The notes under the pieces: model-generated
The model's input: only the letters and a program-made list of their open reading frames with translations
Databases searched by the model: none
What the model was told of the DNA's origin: nothing
Made by a program: the position numbers and the translations under genes
In this document: positions 45,851-56,049 of the stretch, piece after piece
How positions within the stretch are numbered: the stretch's first letter is position 1
How the letters are laid out: each line of letters begins with the position of its first letter
Source: Muribaculaceae bacterium
GTDB lineage: Bacteria; Bacteroidota; Bacteroidia; Bacteroidales; Muribaculaceae
NCBI GenBank assembly: GCA_017427945.1
Contig: JAFRRT010000021.1
Span: forward strand, 2,259 to 66,258
Reading direction: 5' to 3'
Length of the DNA: 64,000 nucleotides

Positions 45851-47677
45851 TTATACGCTGACCTTAGCAGTCTTCTCGGGGTTCAGCTCACCGATGTCAA
45901 GCGGATTGCTGTCGGGAGCCTGGCTGCGCATGAGGTCCTCGATGGCATCGATGACGTTAACGATGAAGTCACCCAGTTTCTCGGTCTCGCACACGATATC
46001 CATGTAGAAGATACCGGCCTTGTAGGGATACTTGTGCTGGTTGACGTTCTCGATGTTCTCGGTGCGGCACAGGTTGCGGAAGTTGTTGATTTCGCGCTCC
46101 TTGTCGTAGTTGCGCATCAGATCCTCGGGCGTCACGTTGTCGATGTCGATGAGCAGGGTGAGCATGTTGGTCATTGCCTCGCTCACCATCTTGAGCATCT
46201 CGTCGATGTTCTTATAATTGTACTCGTTGAAGTGGGCATCGGCCTCCTCCTTGCGCACAAGCGCCTTGGCGATATTGTTGCAGCTGTCACCGATGCTCTC
46301 CAGCTCACTGATGATGCTCAACAGGCCCGACACGCGTTTCTTGGCCTTGCTACTGAGCTTGCCGTCGAGCACCTTGTTCAGATAGCTACCGATTTCAAAC
46401 TCCATACGGTCGGTGATGTCCTCATACTTCTCGACGCGCGAGAAAATTTTGTTGAACTCTGGGGTACCCGTCTTGGTATGCACGAGTTCCTTGACCATGC
46501 CCAACATGCGCTCAACACGCTCGGCAAACACGACAATCTCGCGCTCGGCCTGAGCAATGTTAAGCTCTGATGCACTGAGCAGACCGCCCTGGATATACTT
46601 GAGTTGGAACTCCTCTTCTTTGTTCTTGCTCTTAATGAGCACGTTGAGCAACTTGGTATATAACTTGGTGAACCAAATCATGATGAGCAAGTTGAAGAAC
46701 TTGAAGAGGGTATGGAACATCGTCATGCCGATGGACATTGCCACCTGCTCCTGCACCAATCCGTTGCCATCGGCATTGGCACCAGCCTTCACACTGTTAT
46801 ATAGTGCCAACGGGTCACCCAGACCGAACAGGTCCTTGACTACCCAGGTCACCATTGACACGAACGGGTGGAAAATCAACAGTACCCAGACGGCACCAAA
46901 CAGGTTGAACAGGGCATGGCCCAAGGCCGCCTTCTTGGCCTCGGTATTACCGCCCAACGATGCCAACAAAGGCGTGATACTTGTACCGATGCTGGCACCC
47001 AGCACCATGGCACAGCCTATGTCAAACGATATCCACCCCTTGGCCGCCATAATCAACACAATGGCGAATGTCGCGGCACTCGACTGGATGACCATGGTAA
47101 TCACCCATCCCGCGAGGGTAAAGATAAGGATGGACAGGAAACCCATCGACGTGAATTGCTTGAGCCAGGCAAACACATCGGGTGACTTGGACAAGTCGGG
47201 CACGTTGGCGCTGATGGCATCCAGACCCATGAACAGGAACACGAAACCGATGAGCAACTCACCGATATTCTTGTAGTTGTTCCTCTTGATGAACAACATG
47301 GGTACAGCAAACGCCAGCAAAGGCAACAGAAATGCCGACAGCTTGACCTTGAAGCCGAAGATGGCGATGATCCACTCGGTGAACGTTGTTCCCAGAGCGG
47401 CACCAAAGCTCACCGCAAGCGACTGTTCCAGCGGCATCAGTCCGGCATTGACAAAGCTGACAACCATCGATACCGAGGCCGACGAACTCTGAATCAAAGC
47501 TGTGATGATGACACCAGTGACAATGGCAAGGAAACGGTTCTTGGTCATCCACGCAAGAATAGAACGCAAGCGCTTACCGGCGGTCTTCTGCAGACCTTCA
47601 CTCATGATTTTCATTCCGTATAGGAACAAACACACGGCACCCAGCAGGGCAAGCAAGTCAACTAAAGAGTAATCCAT
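45851..47677 (-). CDS. Na/Pi cotransporter family protein with PhoU-like C-terminal domains
   Basis: LFLYGMKIMSEGL, IQSSSAS, GAALGTT, IQSSAAT and GASIGTSIT motifs. Confidence 0.92.
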   Translation of the reverse strand: MDYSLVDLLALLGAVCLFLYGMKIMSEGLQKTAGKRLRSILAWMTKNRFLAIVTGVIITALIQSSSASVSMVVSFVNAGLMPLEQSLAVSFGAALGTTFTEWIIAIFGFKVKLSAFLLPLLAFAVPMLFIKRNNYKNIGELLIGFVFLFMGLDAISANVPDLSKSPDVFAWLKQFTSMGFLSILIFTLAGWVITMVIQSSAATFAIVLIMAAKGWISFDIGCAMVLGASIGTSITPLLASLGGNTEAKKAALGHALFNLFGAVWVLLIFHPFVSMVTWVVKDLFGLGDPLALYNSVKAGANADGNGLVQEQVAMSIGMTMFHTLFKFFNLLIMIWFTKLYTKLLNVLIKSKNKEEEFQLKYIQGGLLSASELNIAQAEREIVVFAERVERMLGMVKELVHTKTGTPEFNKIFSRVEKYEDITDRMEFEIGSYLNKVLDGKLSSKAKKRVSGLLSIISELESIGDSCNNIAKALVRKEEADAHFNEYNYKNIDEMLKMVSEAMTNMLTLLIDIDNVTPEDLMRNYDKEREINNFRNLCRTENIENVNQHKYPYKAGIFYMDIVCETEKLGDFIVNVIDAIEDLMRSQAPDSNPLDIGELNPEKTAKVSV

Positions 47678-47870
47678 TGAACAGAAATTGTATCGTTGAT
47701 GAGTTATTATTCGGTCACAAAATTATAATAAATCCTGCATATATCATAATACCGAGGCAACGATTTTCAAGAATTGTAGTCACTGTGATGATAAAAACCG
47801 ATTGTTTCTCAACAAAAACCGCCTTGCGGAAATGGCTTTTACGAATAAATTCATTACCTTTGTGGGCACT

Positions 47871-48209
47871 ATGACAATACAAGAGGCCCAGGAGCGTGTT
47901 GACGCTTGGATCAAACAATATGGGGTGCGCTACTTCAGCGAACTGACCAACATGGCGGTGCTCACCGAGGAGGTTGGCGAGGTGGCCCGTGTCATCGCGC
48001 GCCGCTACGGCGACCAGTCGAGCAAGCCGGGCGATGACCTGGACCTGGCCGACGAATTGGCCGACGTGCTGTGGGTGGTGATGTGCTTGGCGAACCAGAC
48101 GGGCATTGACCTCGACGAGGCACTGGAACGTAACTTCGCCAAGAAGACCAGCCGCGACAAGGAGCGGCATCTCCAAAATACAAAACTATGTGCAAGCCGA
48201 AAGCCATAA
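47871..48209 (+). CDS. MazG-like nucleotide pyrophosphohydrolase
   Basis: LTEEVGEVAR, LADELADVLW and LANQTGIDL motifs. ATG 47871 chosen as start. Confidence 0.9.
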   Translation: MTIQEAQERVDAWIKQYGVRYFSELTNMAVLTEEVGEVARVIARRYGDQSSKPGDDLDLADELADVLWVVMCLANQTGIDLDEALERNFAKKTSRDKERHLQNTKLCASRKP

Positions 48210-48279
48210 AACATGTTTTAACGGCTGAGGTGCCGCCAGAGTTATTGAAACTTACTAACCAATAAATAATAAGACAATT

Positions 48280-49227
48280 ATGAGCAATCACGAACATGAA
48301 CACTGCGGATGCGGCTGTGAGCATCACGATCACGAACACAAGGCCATGGATAAGTACATGACCGCCATCAACCAGAGCAATGTCACCATCGACGATGCTG
48401 CCGTCACTGCCGCCGTGCAGGAAATCCTTGACAAGCATGCTGCCGAGAACAACACTCCCGAGGTGCAGCAGTTTCTGCTGAACTGCGTGGACCTGACTAC
48501 CCTTGCCACCGAGGACTGCGAAAGCAGCGTGGCCAAGTTTGTACAGAAAGTCAATGACTTTGACAACAACTATCCCCAATACAAGAACGTGGCTGCCATC
48601 TGCGTTTACAGCAACTTCGCCGCCGTGGTGCGCGGTACGCTTGAGGTGAGCGGTGTAGATGTTGCCGTGTGCAGCGCCTGCTTCCCCTCCAGCCAGGCCC
48701 ATATCGAGACCAAGATTGCCGAGACCGCCCTGGCTGTTGCCGACGGTGCCGACGAGGTGGACATCGTGCTCAACGTGGGCTATTTCAAGGATGAGGCCTA
48801 CGAGGAGTTGTGCGATGAGATCGCCGAAATCAAGCACGTCCTGGGTGAGCGTCCCTTGAAGGTCATCCTCGAGACCGGACTGCTGAAGACTGCCGAAGCC
48901 ATCCGCCGCGCCAGCATCCTGTCGATGTACTCGGGCTGCGACTTCATCAAGACCTCGACTGGCAAAATTTATCCCGGCGCGTCGCTGGAGGCTGCCTATG
49001 TGATGTGCCAGTGCATCAAGGAGTATTACGAGAAGCATGGCCGCATGGTGGGCTTCAAGGCATCGGGTGGCATCCGTTCGACCGAGGATGCCGTGAAGTA
49101 CTACACCATCGTCAAGGAAGTCCTGGGCGAGAAGTGGCTTAATAACCAATACTTCCGTATCGGCGCGTCGAGCCTTGCCAACGCCTTGTTCCAGTCCTTC
49201 ACCGGCAGCGAGGAAAAGCCCTTCTAA
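48280..49227 (+). CDS. deoC: Deoxyribose-phosphate aldolase
   Basis: VDLTTL, GADEVDIV, LKVILETG, FIKTSTGK, GFKASGGIR and FRIGASSL motifs. Confidence 0.94.
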   Translation: MSNHEHEHCGCGCEHHDHEHKAMDKYMTAINQSNVTIDDAAVTAAVQEILDKHAAENNTPEVQQFLLNCVDLTTLATEDCESSVAKFVQKVNDFDNNYPQYKNVAAICVYSNFAAVVRGTLEVSGVDVAVCSACFPSSQAHIETKIAETALAVADGADEVDIVLNVGYFKDEAYEELCDEIAEIKHVLGERPLKVILETGLLKTAEAIRRASILSMYSGCDFIKTSTGKIYPGASLEAAYVMCQCIKEYYEKHGRMVGFKASGGIRSTEDAVKYYTIVKEVLGEKWLNNQYFRIGASSLANALFQSFTGSEEKPF

Positions 49228-49284
49228 AACAACCACTTAACTACGAATTAAGCGAATTTAACTAAGAACATCTACGCTAAAAAC

Positions 49285-49362
49285 AAACAACTGAACATTC
49301 TGATAACTCTGATTTCGTCCCATCGGATATAGAATCAGAAAACTCAGATTGTTCAGTTGTTT
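49285..49362. repeat. REP-like hairpin, a divergent relative of the 80-bp repeats at 55955 and 57393
   Basis: AAACAACTGAAC...GTTCAGTTGTTT 12-bp stem; the first 32 nt match the 55955 copy at 27 positions. Confidence 0.75.
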
Positions 49363-49387
49363 GATTATTTGGCAGTATCTTTGTAGT

Positions 49388-50695
49388 GTGAATAAGGAAA
49401 TCCTGAAGATTGCGTTACCGGCGATTATCGCCAACATCACTGTCCCGTTGCTGGGGCTGGTGGACACCGCCATCGCTGGACACCTGGGTGACAAGGTGTT
49501 CATCGGTGCCGTGGCGGTAGGTGCGATGATGTTCAACCTGGTGTATTGGAATTTCGGGTTCCTGCGCATGAGTACATCGGGCATGACAGCGCAGACGTGC
49601 GGTAGCGGCGATTTCAAGGAGAGTGCCAAACTGCTGGGCGAGTCCACCGCCTTGGCCATTGTCATATCGGCCATCATCATCGTGCTGCAATGGCCAATCC
49701 GACTGCTGCTGTTGTGGATTATTGGCCCCTCGCCCGAAGTGACGTCGCTCGCTATCACCTATTTCACCATTTGCATCTGGGGCGTGCCGCCCGTGTTGGT
49801 GATGATGGCTTTCAAGGGGTGGCTGCTGGGCATGCAGGACTCCAAGGGCGCGATGTGGATTTCCATCATGACCAACGTCTTCAACATTGCTGCCAGCCTC
49901 ATTTGCGTCTATCTCTTCAATATGGGATTTGTCGGCATTGCTGTGGGTACCATGGCGGGCGAGTGGTTAGGATTGCTGTATGCTGCCCTGTTGGTGCAGC
50001 GCAAGTTCCCGCGCCTTGACGGCATGATAGACTGGCGCCGCGTGTGGCGCTTCAAGGACGCGGGCCGCTACTTCAAGGTGAGCCGCGACATCTTCGTGCG
50101 CAGTTTCCTGCTGATGACAGTAAGTCTGGCATTTGTGTCCATCGGCGCCCGCAGTGGCGACCTCATCCTCGCCGTCAACGCCTTGATTCTGCAACTCTTC
50201 ACCCTCTATAGCCACTTCATGGACGGCATCGCCTTTGCCGGTGAGGCTGTCGTGGGCAAGTATTACGGCATGGGCGACATGGGACGCATGAGGCGCTGCG
50301 TGTGGCTGTTGTTCCTGTGGGGTCTTGCTGTTGCTGCCGCCTTTACCCTCGTTTACTCCTTCCCGCGCGTAGCCTTCGGGCTGCTCACCGACCAGCAGAG
50401 CGTCATCGAGGCGGCGATGGACTATCGCGTGTGGTGCGCACTTATTCCCGCGGCGGGCATGGCAGCCTTTGTGTGGGACGGCGTGTTCATCAGCCTCACG
50501 CGCTCAATGGGCATGCTCATCTCGGCCTTCATCGCCTGGACCCTGTTTTTCATCATCTACTGGATTACTCCTGAAGCATGGGGCAATAACCGCCTATGGA
50601 TTGCCTACCTGAGTTTCCTTGCCCTGCGCGGCATCATCCAGACCATCCTTTATAGCGGCTACCTCAAGCGAGGTGTGCTCCAGAACATGGCATAA
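49388..50695 (+). CDS. MATE-family efflux transporter (DinF-like)
   Basis: ALPAIIANITVPLLGLVDTAIAGHL, FGFLRMSTSG and MDGIAFAGEA motifs; about 12 TM. GTG 49388 chosen as start. Confidence 0.92.
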   Translation: MNKEILKIALPAIIANITVPLLGLVDTAIAGHLGDKVFIGAVAVGAMMFNLVYWNFGFLRMSTSGMTAQTCGSGDFKESAKLLGESTALAIVISAIIIVLQWPIRLLLLWIIGPSPEVTSLAITYFTICIWGVPPVLVMMAFKGWLLGMQDSKGAMWISIMTNVFNIAASLICVYLFNMGFVGIAVGTMAGEWLGLLYAALLVQRKFPRLDGMIDWRRVWRFKDAGRYFKVSRDIFVRSFLLMTVSLAFVSIGARSGDLILAVNALILQLFTLYSHFMDGIAFAGEAVVGKYYGMGDMGRMRRCVWLLFLWGLAVAAAFTLVYSFPRVAFGLLTDQQSVIEAAMDYRVWCALIPAAGMAAFVWDGVFISLTRSMGMLISAFIAWTLFFIIYWITPEAWGNNRLWIAYLSFLALRGIIQTILYSGYLKRGVLQNMA

Positions 50696-50701
50696 AACAG
50701 C

Positions 50702-50729
50702 GATGGCAGGCCGTCAACGACCTGCCATC
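50702..50729. terminator. Hairpin between the convergent MATE and M6 protease genes
   Basis: GATGGCAGG...CCTGCCATC. Confidence 0.65.
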
Positions 50730-50749
50730 ACTTAATTATCGGTTCTAAC

Positions 50750-53620
50750 TTAATCTCTGTTTCCTTTTGACAGCAGCATGTCGATGAGCGCTGTCACGTC
50801 GGCGATGCTCACAGTCTCATCACCGTTCACGTCGGCGCAAATCGAGCAATAATCAGCCGCACCCAACAGGTAATCAATCAATGCCGTCACGTCGGCAATG
50901 CTTACGTTGCTGTCATGATTCACGTCGCCCACTACATGAGGCGGCATGTTCTCGATGAGGTAAACTTCCTGCTTGTTGCTCCACGCGCTCTCGGTGCCGT
51001 CAATGTACTGGGCTTTCACTTTATATACAAAGTTGCCGCCAGCCATCAGGTCCCTCACGACATAAGACTTGCCGGTGATGCCGGTAATGAGCCTATAGGT
51101 GTCATCGCCGGTCTCGAAAGGCGAGGTGAGATCCAGGGCAGTCAGGTCGCCAGCATAAATCGTGATCATCTTGACGCTGGTATAGTTCTCGAGAGATGTG
51201 ATGGTAACCGCATCGGCATCGGCACAATCCAGCACAACAGTGTATTGTGACATGGAATCGTCCAATGTCAAGTCTTGGCTGTCAACACTCGTCGATACCC
51301 TAATGGAAGAATTGCTGTAGTAATAGGAAGCCGTCCTGATAACCACGGTCATCTTGTCATAGCCGGAGAGGGAATACACCGGTGACTTGATGGTGCCATC
51401 ATAAGCAAGCAGAATCGCATTGTTGTAAGCTCCCATATAAGAGGTACCTTTCCATCCATCGGGCAGATAATCCTGATAGTTGTCCGAGATGTCAATCAGG
51501 CCGTTTCCGTCTTCAGAGAGAGCATCGGGCACGTTGCTGAAGTCGGCGGTCTCCAATAGTTCAACGGTTGGCTTGGTCATTACCTCAAGGGTGTAGCTGG
51601 CGACATTATCGGCGGGAGTCATGTCGGTCCAGTCGGCACGGAACTGCGTCAAGTGGACGTAATTATAGTCGGCGGGCTCCATCACGGGAGTGTAAGTCAA
51701 CAGCGCACCACGGCCTGTCAGGTTTACCACAACATCCTGTGCACCGGGGCTGCTCAGCGTCAAGGTGCCGCTATAGTTCTGCAGGGCCGTCGGCTCTAAG
51801 GTCACTGTCACTGTCATACCGGTAGCGGCATCGTTGGCGCTGATGACCGTAGGATTGACGGTAAACACGCCATTGGGGTCGTTGACTGTGAGCGTCACAT
51901 TTCCCGTCAAGGCGCCACCCATCACGTTAAAGGTTGCCGAACCAGTGGTAGTGAGCATCACGTCGCCCAGGTCGAGGTCGTTAGTCGAAACCGAGATAAC
52001 GGGATTGGTTGCCGATCCCTTCATGTACCAGAAACTGGCGGTGCCGTCGGCATTGATGACCATCTCGGTGATGGGCTTGCCCAGGTAACCGGCATTGCTC
52101 ACAATGCTGCCGTTAGCCCTCATGTGAAGTTTGGCAGCAGGCGTGGAATTGTCGGTAAACTCGGTCTTGCCATTCTGAGGCCACAAGTCGGTACTCTCGT
52201 CGTAATAAGACCACGAGTTGTCGGCATTCATGAGGGTCATCAACTGGATGTCTTCATTATTGGGCGTGTTGCCCCACCAGCGGTCCTGGTTATAGGTGAC
52301 ATGGGTAATCATGATGCCCGAGCCGGGGGCATAGCGGTCCCAACCCTGCTTCCTGCGGTTCTCGACGATGAAGAACTCGTTCTGGTTCAGGTTGCTTGTG
52401 AGGCACAGAGCCTTGTCGGTAGCTGCCTGCTTCTGGTTAAACACGGGCAGTGTGTAGTAGGTGCCGGGCATAGGAGTGATGTAATCGATCCATCCCATGA
52501 AATGCTTCTCGTAGGCCGAATAACCCGGCGGCGTATAGCCGTCATTGTTGTAACAACCCAGGCACATGATGTCCCAGTCACCCAAACCGTAATGGCCGCC
52601 GTCACCCGTATCATAGAAGTCGGGCAGACCCAGGCAATGGCCGAACTCGTGGCAGAAGGTGCCGATACCGTCAATCGTCGAGGTATTGTCATTGCTGCCG
52701 TGCAGCTCATTAAAGACGGCAAACATGTCAACCAACGGGTCTCCCGAGTTGGGACGGAAGGCACCGTTGCCACCCATGCCATAGTAAGAGGCCGAGCTGA
52801 GGTACCAGTTGCAGGGCCAAACAGCCTCGGGGTGCTCATAATAGGCCTGGGCCTCCCCCACGCCTGCATAGATGACGATGACCACGTCGCAGTAGTCGTC
52901 ATTGTTGGTGTCATAAGGCCTGAACGTCACGCCGTCGGCTGCCGCCAACTGGCAGGCTTCGGTCACCAGATATCCCAGTCCCTTGTCATTATTGTTGCCT
53001 TGATGCCCACCGTAATACACACGGTTTTGGCTCAAGGTATAGATGCCATAGACATCAAAATCGGGCTGATATAAACCATTGGACTGGTCGCGGAAGTACT
53101 GGCCCACGCTCTCGTTGCCGGTGAGCATGGCATCGATGATGCCTTGAGGCGTGTTGTTGAACTTCTTGTCCTTAAACTCCACCAGGATGATGGGAATTTT
53201 GCGGGAGCCGTTGGCGGGAACGCCCGATTCATCGTTGCTGCCACCAATGCCCAACATCGTGCCGCTACGCTTCGGACGCTTCCATTGCCACTGCTTGGCC
53301 GGGACTGGCATCGTCAAGCTGCCGCGCTGGGCCTCGATGAATGCCGTCTCGGCAGCGGTACGCTGGTTGGTCTCGTGGGCACGCACGGCGGTGACACCCG
53401 TCAGCGACGAGTTGTAATAGTAATCGCCGTCAGCGCCACGCACCACCATCAGGCCATCCTGCGTGAGAATCGCACTGTTAAAGGCATTACCCACAGCATG
53501 AATCTTCAGGGTGGTGCCATCACTCTGGTTCACAGTGATCCAACCCGGCTTTGCGGGCACAGCCATAGCGGCTATACCGCAACAAAGCACAGCAAAAAGA
53601 AGTAAAATGGATTTCTTCAT
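50750..53620 (-). CDS. Secreted M6 (immune inhibitor A-type) metalloprotease with Ig/FN3-like modules and a C-terminal dockerin-like domain
   Basis: GIGTFCHEFGHCLGLPDFYDT, WDIMCLG and YSAYEK motifs; GDVNHDSNVSIADVT / ADVNGDETVSIADVT. ATG 53620 chosen as start. Confidence 0.92.
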   Translation of the reverse strand: MKKSILLLFAVLCCGIAAMAVPAKPGWITVNQSDGTTLKIHAVGNAFNSAILTQDGLMVVRGADGDYYYNSSLTGVTAVRAHETNQRTAAETAFIEAQRGSLTMPVPAKQWQWKRPKRSGTMLGIGGSNDESGVPANGSRKIPIILVEFKDKKFNNTPQGIIDAMLTGNESVGQYFRDQSNGLYQPDFDVYGIYTLSQNRVYYGGHQGNNNDKGLGYLVTEACQLAAADGVTFRPYDTNNDDYCDVVIVIYAGVGEAQAYYEHPEAVWPCNWYLSSASYYGMGGNGAFRPNSGDPLVDMFAVFNELHGSNDNTSTIDGIGTFCHEFGHCLGLPDFYDTGDGGHYGLGDWDIMCLGCYNNDGYTPPGYSAYEKHFMGWIDYITPMPGTYYTLPVFNQKQAATDKALCLTSNLNQNEFFIVENRRKQGWDRYAPGSGIMITHVTYNQDRWWGNTPNNEDIQLMTLMNADNSWSYYDESTDLWPQNGKTEFTDNSTPAAKLHMRANGSIVSNAGYLGKPITEMVINADGTASFWYMKGSATNPVISVSTNDLDLGDVMLTTTGSATFNVMGGALTGNVTLTVNDPNGVFTVNPTVISANDAATGMTVTVTLEPTALQNYSGTLTLSSPGAQDVVVNLTGRGALLTYTPVMEPADYNYVHLTQFRADWTDMTPADNVASYTLEVMTKPTVELLETADFSNVPDALSEDGNGLIDISDNYQDYLPDGWKGTSYMGAYNNAILLAYDGTIKSPVYSLSGYDKMTVVIRTASYYYSNSSIRVSTSVDSQDLTLDDSMSQYTVVLDCADADAVTITSLENYTSVKMITIYAGDLTALDLTSPFETGDDTYRLITGITGKSYVVRDLMAGGNFVYKVKAQYIDGTESAWSNKQEVYLIENMPPHVVGDVNHDSNVSIADVTALIDYLLGAADYCSICADVNGDETVSIADVTALIDMLLSKGNRD

Positions 53621-53799
53621 AAAACTTATAATGTATTGATAGTTAATAATGATTACTCTATAACATTTGGTACACGCAAAATTATATCTAATAATCCACC
53701 TATCCAAATTTTTGAAGATTATCGTATGTCCGAAAACTATAAAAGTGAAAACAATTCACTACCTTTGCGTTTTGATAATAACCTTTTCAACCTTTACAC

Positions 53800-55038
53800 A
53801 TGATGAAACTGAATCTGATCACATTCGCCTCGTCGCTGGCTACGAGGGAGTCGATTTTCACCGACCATCACGAGTTGCTCGACGCGATAAAAGAGAAATA
53901 TGACGTGCGTTACATCTTCCCCGAGGAACTTGACAGTGCAACGCCCGAGGACGCCACGATGGTGCTCGTGGGCAGTGGTGGCGTCGAAGAGATGGTCAAG
54001 GCCAACATCGACCGCTTGCCGCCTTACATAGTTCTTATCGCCGACGGTCTGAAGAACTCGCTCGCCGCCTCGCTCGAAATCCTCTCGTGGATGCGCCTCA
54101 ACGACCGTCACGGCCGCGTGCTGCACGGCCCCACCAGTTTCATCATGCAAGGTATCGACGACTATGCAGCTGCCAGCGAAGCGGTAGCCCGTCTGCACGG
54201 CAAACGCGTGGGCGTCATCGGCAAGCCGTCGGGGTGGCTCATTGCCAGCAATGTGGACTATGCCGCGATGCGCGAGCGCTGGGGCATCGAGATGGTTGAC
54301 GTGCCCCTCGACGAAGTAGTCCAGGGTTATGAGGCCATTGGTGATGATGAGGTGCAAGAGATTGCCGACGAGTTCATCAGCAAGGCCGTCGGTGTGAAGG
54401 AGCCCTCGCGTGACGAGGTCGTCAAGGCTATGCGCCTCTACCGCTCGGTCAAAGGCATCGTGGAGCGTTACCGCTTGGACGCCTTTACCCTCAACTGCTT
54501 TGACCTGATTCCTACCACACGCACCACGGGCTGCGTGGCACTGGCGCTGCTCAACCAGGAAGGCATTCCCGCCGGCTGCGAGGGTGACGAACAGACCCTG
54601 CTCACCATGCTTGCCGTGCAGGCTGCCACGAGCGAGATGACCTTCATGGCCAACCCGTCAAAGATTCTGGACAACGCCGCCCACGAGATGGTGTTTGCCC
54701 ACTGCACCATCGCTCCCGCCATGACCGACCGTTACATCGTTCGCGACCACTACGAGTCGCTGAGCGGTGTCGCCGTCGAGGGCGTTTTCGACCCAATGGA
54801 CATGACCGTCGTCAAGTGCGGCGGCAGGGCCATGGAGCGCTTTTTCATCAGCCGCGCTCGTCTGCTTGAATGTACCGACAACCCCAACATGTGCCGCACA
54901 CAGCTGCACCTGCGCCTCGACGAGCCGCTGGACTACTTCTTGGAGCGCAGCATCGGCAACCACCACGTCATAGTCCGCGGCAACCACGTTGAAAGACTGA
55001 CAGCTGTCTTTCGACAATTATCTGCTTTGAGCAATTAG
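53800..55038 (+). CDS. L-fucose/L-arabinose isomerase-like protein
   Basis: FTLNCF, GCVALALLN, PAGCEGD, FMANP, AHCT, CRTQ and GNHH motifs; -7 box at 53760. Confidence 0.75.
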   Translation: MMKLNLITFASSLATRESIFTDHHELLDAIKEKYDVRYIFPEELDSATPEDATMVLVGSGGVEEMVKANIDRLPPYIVLIADGLKNSLAASLEILSWMRLNDRHGRVLHGPTSFIMQGIDDYAAASEAVARLHGKRVGVIGKPSGWLIASNVDYAAMRERWGIEMVDVPLDEVVQGYEAIGDDEVQEIADEFISKAVGVKEPSRDEVVKAMRLYRSVKGIVERYRLDAFTLNCFDLIPTTRTTGCVALALLNQEGIPAGCEGDEQTLLTMLAVQAATSEMTFMANPSKILDNAAHEMVFAHCTIAPAMTDRYIVRDHYESLSGVAVEGVFDPMDMTVVKCGGRAMERFFISRARLLECTDNPNMCRTQLHLRLDEPLDYFLERSIGNHHVIVRGNHVERLTAVFRQLSALSN

Positions 55039-55194
55039 CTTTTAGCAATATTATAACCGCCCTGCGGGCGGGAAATTCAACAAATTCATCATCGATTTTT
55101 CAATTATAATTTGAATAATTTCCAGTGCGTTAGCACTGTTGAATGAAGTAGTCCTAATCTGTAGGGGCAACATCTTTATCGTTCGCAAAAAGCA

Positions 55195-55938
55195 ATGCTA
55201 TTAAATCCAAAATATCAGCATCTGAAAGAGTGGCTGGAACGGCTGCCCGAAGATTTCGAGCAGTTAGGCGAGGTCATTTATGACAAGCGTAACCAGTTGC
55301 GTGTCATCGAGGCCCCCGACGGCACCCTCGTCAATGCCAAGCGCTACTGCAAGACGCATCTGGTGAACCGTGTGGTCTATTCGCTTGGCATCCGTCAACC
55401 TAAAGGGCTACGCGCCTTTCTCTACCCCACCCGCCTGCTCGAGCGCGGCATCAGCACCCCCGAGCCCATCGCCTATATCGAACAGCGCCAATGTGGACTG
55501 CTGGGATTGAGTTACTTCATCAGCGTGCAGTCGCCGCTGAGCCACACGCTCTATGAGTTCGGCGACGCCCAGGAGGGCACCTATGAGGAGATGGCGCACG
55601 AACTGGGACGCTTTACCGCCATGATGCACAACAACGAGGTCCTGCACCTCGACTACTCCCCAGGCAACATCCTGTGGGACAAAGACGGTGACGGCTACCA
55701 CTTTGCCGTGGTGGACATCAACCGCATGCGTTTCGGCACAGTGGACATCAAGGACGGCTGTGCTGCCCTGCGTCGCCTGTGGGGCCCAAAACGATTCATC
55801 GAACTCATTGCCCGCAGCTATGCCGCCGCCCGAGGCTTCGACGAGGACGAGGCCGTCCGCCTCACCATGGAGGCCCGCACCACCTTTTGGACCCGCTACC
55901 AACGCCGCCACCCCGTCGACTTCCCCCTCGAAATCTAA
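55195..55938 (+). CDS. Lipopolysaccharide kinase (Kdo/WaaP) family protein
   Basis: KRNQLR, TPEPIAYIE, LHLDYSPGNIL and VDINRM motifs. Confidence 0.85.
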   Translation: MLLNPKYQHLKEWLERLPEDFEQLGEVIYDKRNQLRVIEAPDGTLVNAKRYCKTHLVNRVVYSLGIRQPKGLRAFLYPTRLLERGISTPEPIAYIEQRQCGLLGLSYFISVQSPLSHTLYEFGDAQEGTYEEMAHELGRFTAMMHNNEVLHLDYSPGNILWDKDGDGYHFAVVDINRMRFGTVDIKDGCAALRRLWGPKRFIELIARSYAAARGFDEDEAVRLTMEARTTFWTRYQRRHPVDFPLEI

Positions 55939-55954
55939 TTCTTTCAAACAACTG

Positions 55955-56034
55955 AAACAACTGAGGTTTCTGATAAATCTGGTTTCAGACCATTCAGAAG
56001 CCTCAGTTGTTTTATTAAGTGCGGATGCCTAAAT
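55955..56034 (+). repeat. 80-bp direct repeat, copy 1 (hairpin-forming)
   Basis: AAACAACTGAGG...CCTCAGTTGTTT stem plus tail ATTAAGTGCGGATGCCTAAAT; identical to 57393-57472. Confidence 0.95.
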
Positions 56035-56049
56035 CCGTAAAATTAAGAC

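Noticed and set aside
47992-49236. Antisense ORF (414 aa) over mazG-like/deoC; likewise 627-1541, 1978-2973, 26383-27687, 52124-53074 and 57576-58616
   Set aside because: They fully overlap well-supported genes on the other strand and show no recognisable motifs.
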